Shown here in pieces: positions 36,753-45,730 of a stretch of DNA of 64,000 nt. The notes below the pieces were generated by a model, which saw only the letters and a program-made list of their open reading frames with translations, searched no databases and was not told the DNA's origin. A program made the translations under genes and the position numbers. Positions within the stretch are counted from its first letter, which is position 1. Each line of letters opens with the position of its first letter. Origin of the DNA: Candidatus Binatia bacterium (GTDB lineage Bacteria; Desulfobacterota; Binatia; UBA9968; JAJDTQ01); assembly GCA_963666515.2 (NCBI GenBank), contig OY762897.2, positions 3,776,001 through 3,840,000 on the forward strand. The letters run 5' to 3'.

Positions 36753-37733
36753 TCATTCAACCGTCCTGCGCATCAGGACCAGGTTGTCGAGGACGAGATT
36801 GGACGACCAGATGAACTGTGCGTCGGCCGCCGGGTCGTCGAACACGTCGTGGAAGTTCATGAACGCGGGCTTGTTGTCGACACCGACGGTGTCATTGGAA
36901 AAGACGGTGGCGAGCGGCCAGCCGCTGTCGTCGAAATCGGGCGCAAACCAGTTGCCGGGCACCGGCCAGTGGGCAGCGGAAAACGTGCTTCCGTCCTGAA
37001 CGCCGGCCGTCGCGCACTGGGAGCTGTCGCGAACCGGGCCTTCGAGCTTCAAGCACGATCGATCATTGAGCGGCGCGGTGTAAAACGTCTGCGCGCGCCA
37101 GGATTTATCCGTAATGGCAACCGTGCGCCCCTTTTCATCCTTGATGACCGCAACAAACCCGGCATCACCCGGATGGTAGGCGACGCGCCTGTTCCGTTCT
37201 GAACCAAGCCCCAGGTTTTCTTCCCAGTCGACACCCATCACGGCGATCGTGAAGGGCCGGTTCGCCTTGAAACGAACCACGCTGGAGTTGAACGGCGTGA
37301 AGGGAATCGCGTCAACGCCGAGCAACTTGCCGTTGACGTAGAACTCGAAATAGTTGTCGGCGAAAATATATGCCGCGAAGGTTTCCTCACCACCGGCGTC
37401 GATCACCGGTACTTTCTTGTGATCGAGGTCGGAGAGCTGACGCAGTCGAACGCCGCTGCATTGGTTGTAGAGGTCAGCGGCCTTCATTGCCGTCTGAAAG
37501 TGCGTGTCTGCGGGCACGACCCACCGCCTGCCATCGTCCGACCTGATCACACCGACGGGACTGACGCGCGCGCGAGCCTCGTGACACACGAACAGGCCGG
37601 GATTGGTGGTCTTCGCCGGCCCCGTCGTGAACGAGGGTGTATCCTGCGCTTGCACACCCCCGGAAAGAGCGATTGTCATTGCGAACGCGAGAGCCGCGGC
37701 TTCGACAGATTTCCAGTTGGAAAAGATAATCAT
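36753..37733 (-). CDS. Secreted conserved hypothetical protein
   Basis: Signal peptide ending GVQA; FADNYFEFYVNG, DWEENLGLG, GDAGFVA, FIWSSNLVLDN; function not recognised. Confidence 0.75.
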   Translation of the reverse strand: MIIFSNWKSVEAAALAFAMTIALSGGVQAQDTPSFTTGPAKTTNPGLFVCHEARARVSPVGVIRSDDGRRWVVPADTHFQTAMKAADLYNQCSGVRLRQLSDLDHKKVPVIDAGGEETFAAYIFADNYFEFYVNGKLLGVDAIPFTPFNSSVVRFKANRPFTIAVMGVDWEENLGLGSERNRRVAYHPGDAGFVAVIKDEKGRTVAITDKSWRAQTFYTAPLNDRSCLKLEGPVRDSSQCATAGVQDGSTFSAAHWPVPGNWFAPDFDDSGWPLATVFSNDTVGVDNKPAFMNFHDVFDDPAADAQFIWSSNLVLDNLVLMRRTVE

Positions 37734-37937
37734 GTCACATCCCTCTCAACGTTGTCCGGTCCTGCCTGTCCGTCCGGCCACTCGAACATACAGTCTCGAC
37801 CACTACCCTTTGTGTTCTTATTGGACGCCAGGCAGTTCCAAATGAACGATGGCGGTGCCGGCCGTCCTGTCAGGCAATCAACGGGTTAGGGAACTCACCA
37901 CGGTCTAATGGAGTAGTCCACTTGAGCGAGGTACGAC

Positions 37938-39536
37938 ATGTCACTGCGATATTTCCTCACCACGTTGACGGTTCTGGCGTGGGTCCTGGTTTCGGTGCCC
38001 GAGGCCGCGGCGCAATCGGCGGACACCATCATCTCGAACGGGAAGATATTGACCGTCGATCCAAGTTTTTCCGTCGCCCACAGTCTGGCTATCGATGACG
38101 GCCGGATCGTGGCCGTCGGTTCAGCCGAGGCGGTGGCCCGCCACAAAGGTCCGAATACCCGGATCATCGACCTGGGGGGCAGGACGGTGATCCCCGGCTT
38201 GATCGACAATCACTTCCATTTCATCCGCAGTGTCTGGAACTACCAGCGCGAAGTCCGTCTCGACGGGATCACGAGCCGGGCCGAGGCTTTGGCGATGATT
38301 GCCGCGAAAGCGGCTTCGGCGCCCAGGGAGCAGTGGATTACCGTGCTCGGCGGCTGGTCGCCGGCCCAGTTCAGGAACGAGCCGGGCGGCTTCACGCTCG
38401 CCGAGCTGGATGCGGCGGCACCCGACAATCCCGTCTACATTCAGCAAAGCTACCGCACGGCTTATGCCAACAGCGCGGCCTTGAAGGCGGTGGGCCGGGA
38501 CCCCGCCGAAGGCGCCCGGATGCGCGGGCGGCAAAGCTTCCGGGCTTTCGGGCGCTTCATCGGCTGGCGCAACAAGAGCTCCAGCAGAAAAGCGATACTC
38601 GCCTATATGGCCGCGCTGAATCGATTGGGTTTGACGACGGTCTACGATATCGGACGGCCGAGCGAGGGCAGGCTGGCGCCGGTTGCAAGCCTGGCTGCCG
38701 CCGGGCCGATGCCGCTGCGGGTCTTCCACACGCTGCGCTACCGCGCCACCGATCCCCAAAGCACGGACGATGCCCTGAAACTCATAACGGGTGGTGCTGC
38801 AAAGCCGTTCAGCACGACGGATCAATTCGGCGTGATCGGACTGGGCGAGCACATATACGGACCGATGCATGACCGGGCCAATCGCCGGGAACGCTGGGAA
38901 GAATCTGTCTGGGGTCCCGTACGCACCATTTCGCGCGCCGCCGCCAAGCACGGTTGGCCGATCCACGAACACACCATGAGCGGACCTACCATTTCCCAGT
39001 TCATCGATCTGGTCGAGGAGATCGCGTTCGACACCCCCAATGTCAAGGAGCTGCGCTGGACGCTGGCGCATTCGTTGGGGATCACCGAACCGGACCTGAA
39101 TCGAGCTCGCAGGTTGGGGGTGGCCGTTGCCGTGCACTCCCAGGCGATGATGAGCTCGCGGTCGCGCAACCGTCCGCCTCTCGGCAGCATCGAGCGTTCC
39201 GGAGTCCTGTGGGGGTTGGGCTCGGACGGCGCCATCGTCGCGCCGATCAACCCGTTTCTGACCCTCGGCTGGGCCGTGACGGGCCACAATATCGCGGGGC
39301 AGAGGGCCTGGAGCGAGGATCAACGCGTCTCCCGCAAGGCCGCCCTCATCGCCCATACGATCAACAACGCGAAGTTGCTGTTCAAGGAAAAGAGTCTCGG
39401 GTCACTGGAACCCGGCAAGCTGGCGGATCTCGTCGTGCTCGACCGTGACTACTTGACGGTCCCGCCGGAACAGATCGCCGCTATCCGGCCCGTCCTCACC
39501 ATGACAGGCGGTCGGATCACCTTCGAAGAGAACTAG
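37938..39536 (+). CDS. Exported amidohydrolase family 3 (YtcJ-like)
   Basis: Signal peptide; NGKILTVD, DLGGRTVIPGLIDNHFH, RWTLAH, GSDG, GSLEPGKLADLVVLD. Confidence 0.9.
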   Translation: MSLRYFLTTLTVLAWVLVSVPEAAAQSADTIISNGKILTVDPSFSVAHSLAIDDGRIVAVGSAEAVARHKGPNTRIIDLGGRTVIPGLIDNHFHFIRSVWNYQREVRLDGITSRAEALAMIAAKAASAPREQWITVLGGWSPAQFRNEPGGFTLAELDAAAPDNPVYIQQSYRTAYANSAALKAVGRDPAEGARMRGRQSFRAFGRFIGWRNKSSSRKAILAYMAALNRLGLTTVYDIGRPSEGRLAPVASLAAAGPMPLRVFHTLRYRATDPQSTDDALKLITGGAAKPFSTTDQFGVIGLGEHIYGPMHDRANRRERWEESVWGPVRTISRAAAKHGWPIHEHTMSGPTISQFIDLVEEIAFDTPNVKELRWTLAHSLGITEPDLNRARRLGVAVAVHSQAMMSSRSRNRPPLGSIERSGVLWGLGSDGAIVAPINPFLTLGWAVTGHNIAGQRAWSEDQRVSRKAALIAHTINNAKLLFKEKSLGSLEPGKLADLVVLDRDYLTVPPEQIAAIRPVLTMTGGRITFEEN

Positions 39537-39641
39537 GCCAGTCGGGACGCTCCGCGTGGAGCGCTTGTGCCCGCCAAATGTGCTATATTGCATCCGATTC
39601 GGCGTCACAGGTGCCGGATGATGCGAAAGGGAGTGGCGTAC

Positions 39642-40265
39642 ATGAGGGTAGTTCTCTCAAGAACGGTCGGCATCGCGGCGCTGGCGCTCGCGTTCGTTCT
39701 TGCGCCCGGTACGGAGGCGTCCGCCCACAAGTCCATCCTCAAGGTCGAGTTCGCCGAACGGCGCGAGCTGAACGTCCTCATCGACGACTTCGTCCTCACC
39801 GACAAGGACGGCGAGCGGGTGGAGTTCCGCAAGCTCCGGGGCAAGCCCCTGGTCATCAACTTCATGTACACGTCGTGCCCGGACGTTTGTCCGTTGCTGA
39901 CCGCGAGCCTCAAGATCCTCCGCGACCACATGAAGCCGGCGGAAGCCCGGGACATCCACTTCCTGTCCATCACCACGGACCCCGAAGTGGATACCCCGAA
40001 GGTGCTCAATGCCTACAGCCGGCGGCACGAGGCCGACGCCCCCAACTGGTCGTGGCTGACGGGCGAAGCCCGCGAGCTGGCGCCGGTGTGGCAGGGTTTC
40101 GGCGTCAGCGTGAAACGGATCGCCAAGGGGCTCATCGAGCACACCACGCTGACGGTGGTGGCGGACGCGGAGGGCTACATGCGCTTCGCCTACTTCGGCT
40201 CCGCACCGGACCCCGATGTGCTGTTGAAGGATCTGCGGGCGCTTGAAACACGTCCATCGACCTGA
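39642..40265 (+). CDS. SCO1/SenC family copper chaperone (second copy)
   Basis: DFVLTDKDG, FMYTSCPDVCP, SITTDPEVDTP, IEHTT. Confidence 0.92.
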   Translation: MRVVLSRTVGIAALALAFVLAPGTEASAHKSILKVEFAERRELNVLIDDFVLTDKDGERVEFRKLRGKPLVINFMYTSCPDVCPLLTASLKILRDHMKPAEARDIHFLSITTDPEVDTPKVLNAYSRRHEADAPNWSWLTGEARELAPVWQGFGVSVKRIAKGLIEHTTLTVVADAEGYMRFAYFGSAPDPDVLLKDLRALETRPST

Positions 40266-40283
40266 CGGAATTTCTCGTGGTGG

Positions 40284-40394
40284 CGTCCTTCGACTTCGCG
40301 CCGCTGACGCGGCGCTACGCTCAGGACGAACGGAGACATGTTTTCCCGTTCGCCCTGAGCGTAGCGAGGCGTAGCCGAGCGAAGTCGAAGGGCG
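40284..40394. repeat. Palindromic repeat family B, two-arm element
   Basis: CCTTCGACTTCGC..GCTACGCTCAGGACGAACGG / CCGTTCGCCCTGAGCGTAGC..GCGAAGTCGAAGG. Confidence 0.85.
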
Positions 40395-40405
40395 GAGGCT
40401 GAGCC

Positions 40406-42505
40406 GTGGAATCGCTGCTGAGCGATATCGCATGGGAGACCATCTGGGTCTTTTACGAGGCCTCGATCTATCTCCTGGCCGGCTTCTTCGTCGCCGGACT
40501 CCTGCACGTCTACCTGCCGGCGAACGTCATCGCGAGGCACCTGGGCCGGAACGACGCGCGCTCGGTGGGCCTGGCGGCGCTTTTCGGCGCGCCGATCCCC
40601 CTGTGCTCGTGCGGCGTCCTGCCGGCGGCGGCGTCCCTGAAGCGGCAGGGGGCCGGGCGGGCGCCGCTGGTCTCGTTCCTGATCTCGACCCCCGAGACCG
40701 GGGTGGACTCCGTGGCGTTGACCTACGGGCTCATGGGCCCGGTCATGGCGGTGGTCCGTCCCGTGGTGGCGGTGGTGACCGCGCTGATCGCCGGCATCGC
40801 CTCCATGGGCGTCAGGGAGGACCCGGAAGGCGCGCCGCGGTCCGGCGCATCCTGTGACGACGCCTGTGCGGAGAGCGGAACGCCCGAAGATTCGCGCGAC
40901 GACGCCTGTGCGCCCGACAGTGCGCTGCCGCACGGCCGCCGCCGTTTCTTCCATTCCCTGGAATACGGCTTCAGCTCGGTGCTGGACGACATCGCGCTGT
41001 CGCTCGTGGTCGGCTTGGTGCTGACCGGCATCCTGGCCGGCCTTCTGCCCGACGGCTTCTTCACCGACGTGCTCGGGTGGGGCTCCGGTCTCATGCCGAT
41101 GCTGGCGATGATCGTGGTCGGCCTGCCGCTGTACACCTGCGCCAGCGCCTCCACCCCCATCGCCGCGGCGCTCATGGCCAAGGGTCTTTCCCCCGGTGCC
41201 GCGCTCGTCTTCCTGCTGGTGGGGCCGGCCACCAACCTGGCCACCATGACCGTGGTCGGACAGCTCCTGGGCCGCCGTCATCTCGGCGTCTACCTCGGCG
41301 CCATCGTGCTGGTGAGCCTGGCCGCGGGCCTGCTGGTGGACGCGACCGTGGCGGACTACATCCACGTGGCCCCCTTCGGCGACCTGGGGCAGGACGGCGA
41401 CGTCGTATTCGCCCTCAAGGCGCTGTCCGCGGTGGCCCTGGCGCTGCTGCTGCTGCGGAGCTTCCGGCGCAAGGGCATTGGCGCCACTTGGCGGGATGCC
41501 GCGACACAGCTCCGTCAGACCGGCCAGGCTCTCAGGGCCTTGCGCCCCGGCAACCTCCTCCAGGGACCGGTGCTCGCGGCTGCGCTTGTGATCGCGCTGC
41601 TCGCCGCCGTCCCCGCGTTCACGCTCATCGTCGGGCCGGGCCAGCGCGGCGTCGTCCAGCGGTTCGGCCGGGTGGTGGCCGCCGGTCTCGAACCCGGCCT
41701 GTACTTCCATCTGCCGCCGCCCTTCGGCAACGGAACCGCGGTGGACGTGGCGCTGGTCCGCCAGGTGGCGGTGGGCTTCCGGGGCGGCGTCAACGGCGCC
41801 CGGCCTGTGCTCGACGAGCAGGCGTTCTACCTCACCGCGGACGGCAACATCATCGACATGCGGGCCGTGGTCCAGTACCGCGTCCGGGATCCGGCGGTGT
41901 ACGCCCTGGGCGTCGAGGAGACCCCGGCGGTGGTGCTCGGGCTGGCCCGGCGCGAGCTGGTCAGCCTGTTGAGCCGCAAGCCCATCGACAGGATCTACAC
42001 CGTGGACCGGAGGGCCACGGAACGGGCGCTGCGCGACCGCCTGGCCAAGCGCCTTGCGGCCCTGGGAATCGGCAGCGAGGTCCTGGACGTGCGGCTGCTG
42101 GACGTGCACGCGCCGGCACGGGTCCACGACGCCTTCCGCGACGTCGCCAGCGCGCTGGAGGATCGCCAGCGCGACATCCACGTGGCCACCGGCGGGGCGA
42201 AGCAGTCCACCGCGGCGGCCGCGGGCGAGGCCGCGCGCATCACCGAGCGCGCCGAGGGACGCGCGGTGCGCGAGGTCAAGCGGGCCGAGGGACGCTCCGC
42301 CGCCTTCCGCGCCACCGCGGCGGTGCACGCCGCCAGCCCTGCGGTCACCGAAGCCCGCCTCTACCTGGAAACCCTGGAGGATTCCCTGGAGCTGCCGCGG
42401 AAGTACATCTACATGCCGGGGACGGGCGTGGACCTCTGGCTGGGCAGCCCGTCGGTGGATTTCATGAACCTCGGGGCTCCCCATCCTCGAAGCGGAGATC
42501 GATAG
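40406..42505 (+). CDS. ArsP/SO_0444 (DUF318) metal permease fused to an HflK-like SPFH domain
   Basis: N-half: PLCSCGVLP, SFLISTPETGVDS, PLYTCASASTP, GAALVFLLVGPATN. C-half: GVVQRFGR, PGLYFHLPPP, LTADGNII, VQYRVRDP, DAFRDV, RLYLETLE. RBS GGAGG before GTG. Confidence 0.88.
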   Translation: MESLLSDIAWETIWVFYEASIYLLAGFFVAGLLHVYLPANVIARHLGRNDARSVGLAALFGAPIPLCSCGVLPAAASLKRQGAGRAPLVSFLISTPETGVDSVALTYGLMGPVMAVVRPVVAVVTALIAGIASMGVREDPEGAPRSGASCDDACAESGTPEDSRDDACAPDSALPHGRRRFFHSLEYGFSSVLDDIALSLVVGLVLTGILAGLLPDGFFTDVLGWGSGLMPMLAMIVVGLPLYTCASASTPIAAALMAKGLSPGAALVFLLVGPATNLATMTVVGQLLGRRHLGVYLGAIVLVSLAAGLLVDATVADYIHVAPFGDLGQDGDVVFALKALSAVALALLLLRSFRRKGIGATWRDAATQLRQTGQALRALRPGNLLQGPVLAAALVIALLAAVPAFTLIVGPGQRGVVQRFGRVVAAGLEPGLYFHLPPPFGNGTAVDVALVRQVAVGFRGGVNGARPVLDEQAFYLTADGNIIDMRAVVQYRVRDPAVYALGVEETPAVVLGLARRELVSLLSRKPIDRIYTVDRRATERALRDRLAKRLAALGIGSEVLDVRLLDVHAPARVHDAFRDVASALEDRQRDIHVATGGAKQSTAAAAGEAARITERAEGRAVREVKRAEGRSAAFRATAAVHAASPAVTEARLYLETLEDSLELPRKYIYMPGTGVDLWLGSPSVDFMNLGAPHPRSGDR

Positions 42506-42506
42506 A

Positions 42507-43505
42507 ATGGCCAGACGCATTGCCGCGGTTCTCCTGCTGGCGCTGGTGGTGGTGGTCGCCGCCACTTCCTTCGTGGTGGTGGACGAGAGGAGCCACGCGG
42601 TCATCACCCAGTTCGGCAGGCCGGTCTCGGTGCTGAGCGACGCCGGCTTCTATCTCAAGCTGCCGGTGCCCTTCCAGCGCGCGCGTCTCCTCGACAAGCG
42701 CATCCTCATCACCAACACGCAGGAGACCGAGCTGCTGACCGCGGACAAGAAGAACGTGCTGGTCTCCACCTACATCTCCTGGAAGATCGCCGACCCGTTG
42801 CGGTACCTGGCGGCGCTGCGCACCCGGGAGTTCGCGGAGAACCGTCTGGCCGCGCTGGTGCAGTCGGAGTTGGGCAGCGCCCTGGGGGACCGGCCCTTCG
42901 GCACGATCCTCGGCGCCGGCGGCAACGGCGCCAGCCTGGCCGAGCTGGAAGGATCGGTGGCGGACGCCGTGGCCAAGGTGGCGCAGGAGGACCTGGGGAT
43001 CGAGGTGGTGAGCCTGGGCGTGACCCGCCTCATCTTCCCGCAGCAGAACCTCGACAGCGTGTTCGCGCGCATGCGGGCCGAGCGTGCGCGCATCGCCCGC
43101 GGCCATCGCTCGGAGGGACGCGCCGAGGCCCAGAAGATCGCCGCCCGGGCGGAGCGGGAAAGGGCGCGGATCATCGCCGACGCCGAGGCCGAGGCTGCCA
43201 AGCTGCGGGGCAGGGGCGAGGCGGAGGCGGCGCGCATCTACGCGGGGGCCTACGAGGGACACGGCGAGTTCTATCGCTTCCTGCGCACGCTGGAGGCCTA
43301 CAAGAAGGTCCTGAACGAGAAGACCACGCTGGTGCTGCCGGCGGACTCGCCGTTCCTGGATCTCTTGACGTCGCGGATTCCGAGCGCCGGAGCGGGACCG
43401 CGGCGGGACGGCCAGGCGCCGGAGCGGAAGGGGGAAGCGCCGGCTCGGGCCGGCGCCTCCCACGATGCCAAGCCGGGCGAGAGCGGGCGCGACACGGGCT
43501 CATGA
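42507..43505 (+). CDS. hflC: HflC-like SPFH protein
   Basis: AVITQFGRP, LTADKKN, WKIADP, RMRAER, RSEG, FYRFLRTLEAY, TLVLPADSPF. Confidence 0.9.
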   Translation: MARRIAAVLLLALVVVVAATSFVVVDERSHAVITQFGRPVSVLSDAGFYLKLPVPFQRARLLDKRILITNTQETELLTADKKNVLVSTYISWKIADPLRYLAALRTREFAENRLAALVQSELGSALGDRPFGTILGAGGNGASLAELEGSVADAVAKVAQEDLGIEVVSLGVTRLIFPQQNLDSVFARMRAERARIARGHRSEGRAEAQKIAARAERERARIIADAEAEAAKLRGRGEAEAARIYAGAYEGHGEFYRFLRTLEAYKKVLNEKTTLVLPADSPFLDLLTSRIPSAGAGPRRDGQAPERKGEAPARAGASHDAKPGESGRDTGS

Positions 43506-44398
43506 GCGGACGGCGGCGATACTGGACGCTGCTCTCGGGCGCGGTCCTTTTGGCGGGCTACCTGGGGCTCGGGGTCTACAACGTCGAATCCGACGAGAGC
43601 GCGGTGGCCTACGTGCTCGGCCGGGCGGTGGGCCGCGACGTGCTTCCGGGAATACACTGGAACCCGCCGTGGCCGTGGGGTCGGGTGGCGGTCGCCCGGA
43701 CCGCGACCAACTTCATCATGCCGGTGGAGCACTCCGATCCCGGAGGAACCGAGGAGTCCCTCTGGCTGCTGGGCGACACCAACGTCATCGTCGGCAGGCT
43801 GGGCATCCAGTACAGCATCCGCAGCCTGACCCGGTTCGAGGTCTCTCACGAAGACCCGCGCGAGCTGCTGCGCCGGGCCGGCCGCCGGATCGTGACGCGG
43901 TTCCTGGCCGGCGAGAACGTGGACGCCGCGCTCACCACCCGCAGGAGCGACCTGCTGACCGCGGTGCAGCGGCAGGTCCAGTCGATACTCGACGGCCACG
44001 GCACAGGCATCGAGATCCAGTCGGTGAACATCCAGGCGCTGGCGCCGCCCGAGCAGGGCGGCGTGCGCCAAGCCTTTCAGGAGGTCCAGAGCGCCCTGGC
44101 GGACCGGGAGCGGGTGGTGGAGGAGGCCCGCGCCGACCGCGCCCAGATCCTCGCGGAGGCGGAGGGGGAAGCGGAGCACCGCGTGAACCAGGCCGAGGCG
44201 GCGCGCCACCGGCGCGTGGAGATCGCCAAGGGCGAAGGCGAGCGCTTCCGCGGTCTGGCGCTGGAGCACCGCAGGACCCCCAAGCTCACCGAAGAACGGC
44301 TCTACCTCGAAGCCATCGAAGAGATCCTGCCGCGCATGGAAACTTACGTCGTCCAGTCGGGACCGGACGGCAAGGTCAACCTGCGCGTGGTCCGGTGA
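43502..44398 (+). CDS. hflK: HflK-like SPFH protein
   Basis: PGIHWNPPWP, GDTNVI, IQYSI, PP...VRQAFQEV, AEGEA, TEERLYLEAIEEIL. Confidence 0.88.
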   Translation: MSGRRRYWTLLSGAVLLAGYLGLGVYNVESDESAVAYVLGRAVGRDVLPGIHWNPPWPWGRVAVARTATNFIMPVEHSDPGGTEESLWLLGDTNVIVGRLGIQYSIRSLTRFEVSHEDPRELLRRAGRRIVTRFLAGENVDAALTTRRSDLLTAVQRQVQSILDGHGTGIEIQSVNIQALAPPEQGGVRQAFQEVQSALADRERVVEEARADRAQILAEAEGEAEHRVNQAEAARHRRVEIAKGEGERFRGLALEHRRTPKLTEERLYLEAIEEILPRMETYVVQSGPDGKVNLRVVR

Positions 44399-44422
44399 GG
44401 CGCGAAGGGCCGGTTCCCCGCC

Positions 44423-44467
44423 TTGACAACCCGATGTACTGAGAATAGGATATCATTATCTATTCTC
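44423..44467 (+). promoter_or_regulatory. Sigma70 promoter overlapped by a Fur/Zur-like inverted repeat
   Basis: TTGACA (44423)-17 nt-TAGGAT (44446); perfect arms GAGAATAG-N11-CTATTCTC (44441-44467); reverse strand reads GATAATGATATCC, resembling a Fur-family box. Confidence 0.7.
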
Positions 44468-44488
44468 GTTCGAGGGGGGTCGTATAAA

Positions 44489-45730
44489 ATGAAGAGACTG
44501 ACAGGTTCTTTCCTTGCGATCGTTGCGGGCCTTTGGATCGGTATTCACCCGGCGCTCGGCAGCGAGTCGAAGGTGGGCGTGGTAGCCAGCATCCTGCCCG
44601 TCGCCTATGTCGCCCAGGAGTTGGGAGGCGAGCGCGCCCAGGTCGACGTGCTGGTGCCGCCGGGCGCGAGCCCCCACACTTTCGAACCGGTACCGAGCGA
44701 CATGGTCAAGCTGCAACGCGCCCGCCTGTTCCTGAAGGTCGGCGCCGGCCTGGACGCATGGTCCGACAGGCTCCGGGGCGCGGGTTCCGGCGAGCTCGAG
44801 AGGGTAACCCTCATCTCCGTGCCGGGATTGAAGCCCCTCGAGGGCGGCCATGATCACCATGATCACGGCCACGGGAAGAAGCACGACGACCACGGCCACG
44901 ACCAGGAGAAGAAGGCGGAGAAACACGACGACCACGGCCACGACGAGAAACATGCGAAGAAGGACGATCACCACGGCCATGACCATGGTGAAAAGAAGGC
45001 GAAGAAGCATGACGATCATGGCCACGAGGAAAAGCACGCGAAACACGATGACCACGGTCACGACGAGAAGAAAGCCGAGAAACACCACGACCACGGCCAT
45101 GACGAGAAACATGCGAAGAAGCATGATGACCACGGCCACGACGAGAAGAAAGCCGAGAAGCACGACGACCATGGCCACGAGAAGCATGCCGAGGAGTCGG
45201 GTGAGGGAATGGACCCCCACTTCTGGCTGGACCCGATACGGGTCAGGGACGCGGTGGTTCCGGTGATCGTGGAACATCTCATCGAAGCGGATCCGGCGGG
45301 CAAGGAATACTACGAGAAGCGCGGCCAGGACTTCCATAAGCGGTTGACGGCGCTGGATGTCCAGGTCCGGCGGGAGCTTGCCAAGGCCAAGGGCCGGAAG
45401 TACGTCGCCTTTCACAACGCTTGGGTCTACTTTTCCGAGCGGTACAACGTCGAGGAAGTGGCGGTGGTCCAGGAGTTCGCGGGTGAGGAGCCGACCCCCA
45501 GGGAGGTGGCCGCGCTGGTGCAAGGCGCGCGTGAGGCCGGGATCCGGAACATCCTGGTGGAGCCGCAGTTCAGTCCGCGGGTGGCCCAGACCATCGCAAG
45601 CGAGTTCGGCGGCGGCACGGTGATGGTGGACCCGTTGGGGGACTCCGGCGATCCGGCGCGTTCCAGCTACGAGAAGCTGATGCTGTTCAACGCGCGCGCC
45701 TTCGCGCAGGCGTTGGGGGGCAAGAATTGA
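44489..45730 (+). CDS. znuA: Zinc ABC substrate-binding protein with a very long His-rich loop
   Basis: GASPHTFEP, DPHFWLDP, AFHNAW, EEPT, DPLG; nine HGH-containing repeats. Confidence 0.92.
   Translation: MKRLTGSFLAIVAGLWIGIHPALGSESKVGVVASILPVAYVAQELGGERAQVDVLVPPGASPHTFEPVPSDMVKLQRARLFLKVGAGLDAWSDRLRGAGSGELERVTLISVPGLKPLEGGHDHHDHGHGKKHDDHGHDQEKKAEKHDDHGHDEKHAKKDDHHGHDHGEKKAKKHDDHGHEEKHAKHDDHGHDEKKAEKHHDHGHDEKHAKKHDDHGHDEKKAEKHDDHGHEKHAEESGEGMDPHFWLDPIRVRDAVVPVIVEHLIEADPAGKEYYEKRGQDFHKRLTALDVQVRRELAKAKGRKYVAFHNAWVYFSERYNVEEVAVVQEFAGEEPTPREVAALVQGAREAGIRNILVEPQFSPRVAQTIASEFGGGTVMVDPLGDSGDPARSSYEKLMLFNARAFAQALGGKN
44849..45190 (+). repeat. Coding tandem repeat (HDDHGHDEKKAEK/HDDHGHDEKHAKK-like units)
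   Basis: Nine units, about 35 His by manual count. Confidence 0.9.

Noticed and set aside
44849-45190. CRISPR-like array
   Set aside because: Repeats are in-frame, degenerate at synonymous sites and lack unique spacers; no cas genes. The palindromic repeats elsewhere are dispersed, not arrayed.
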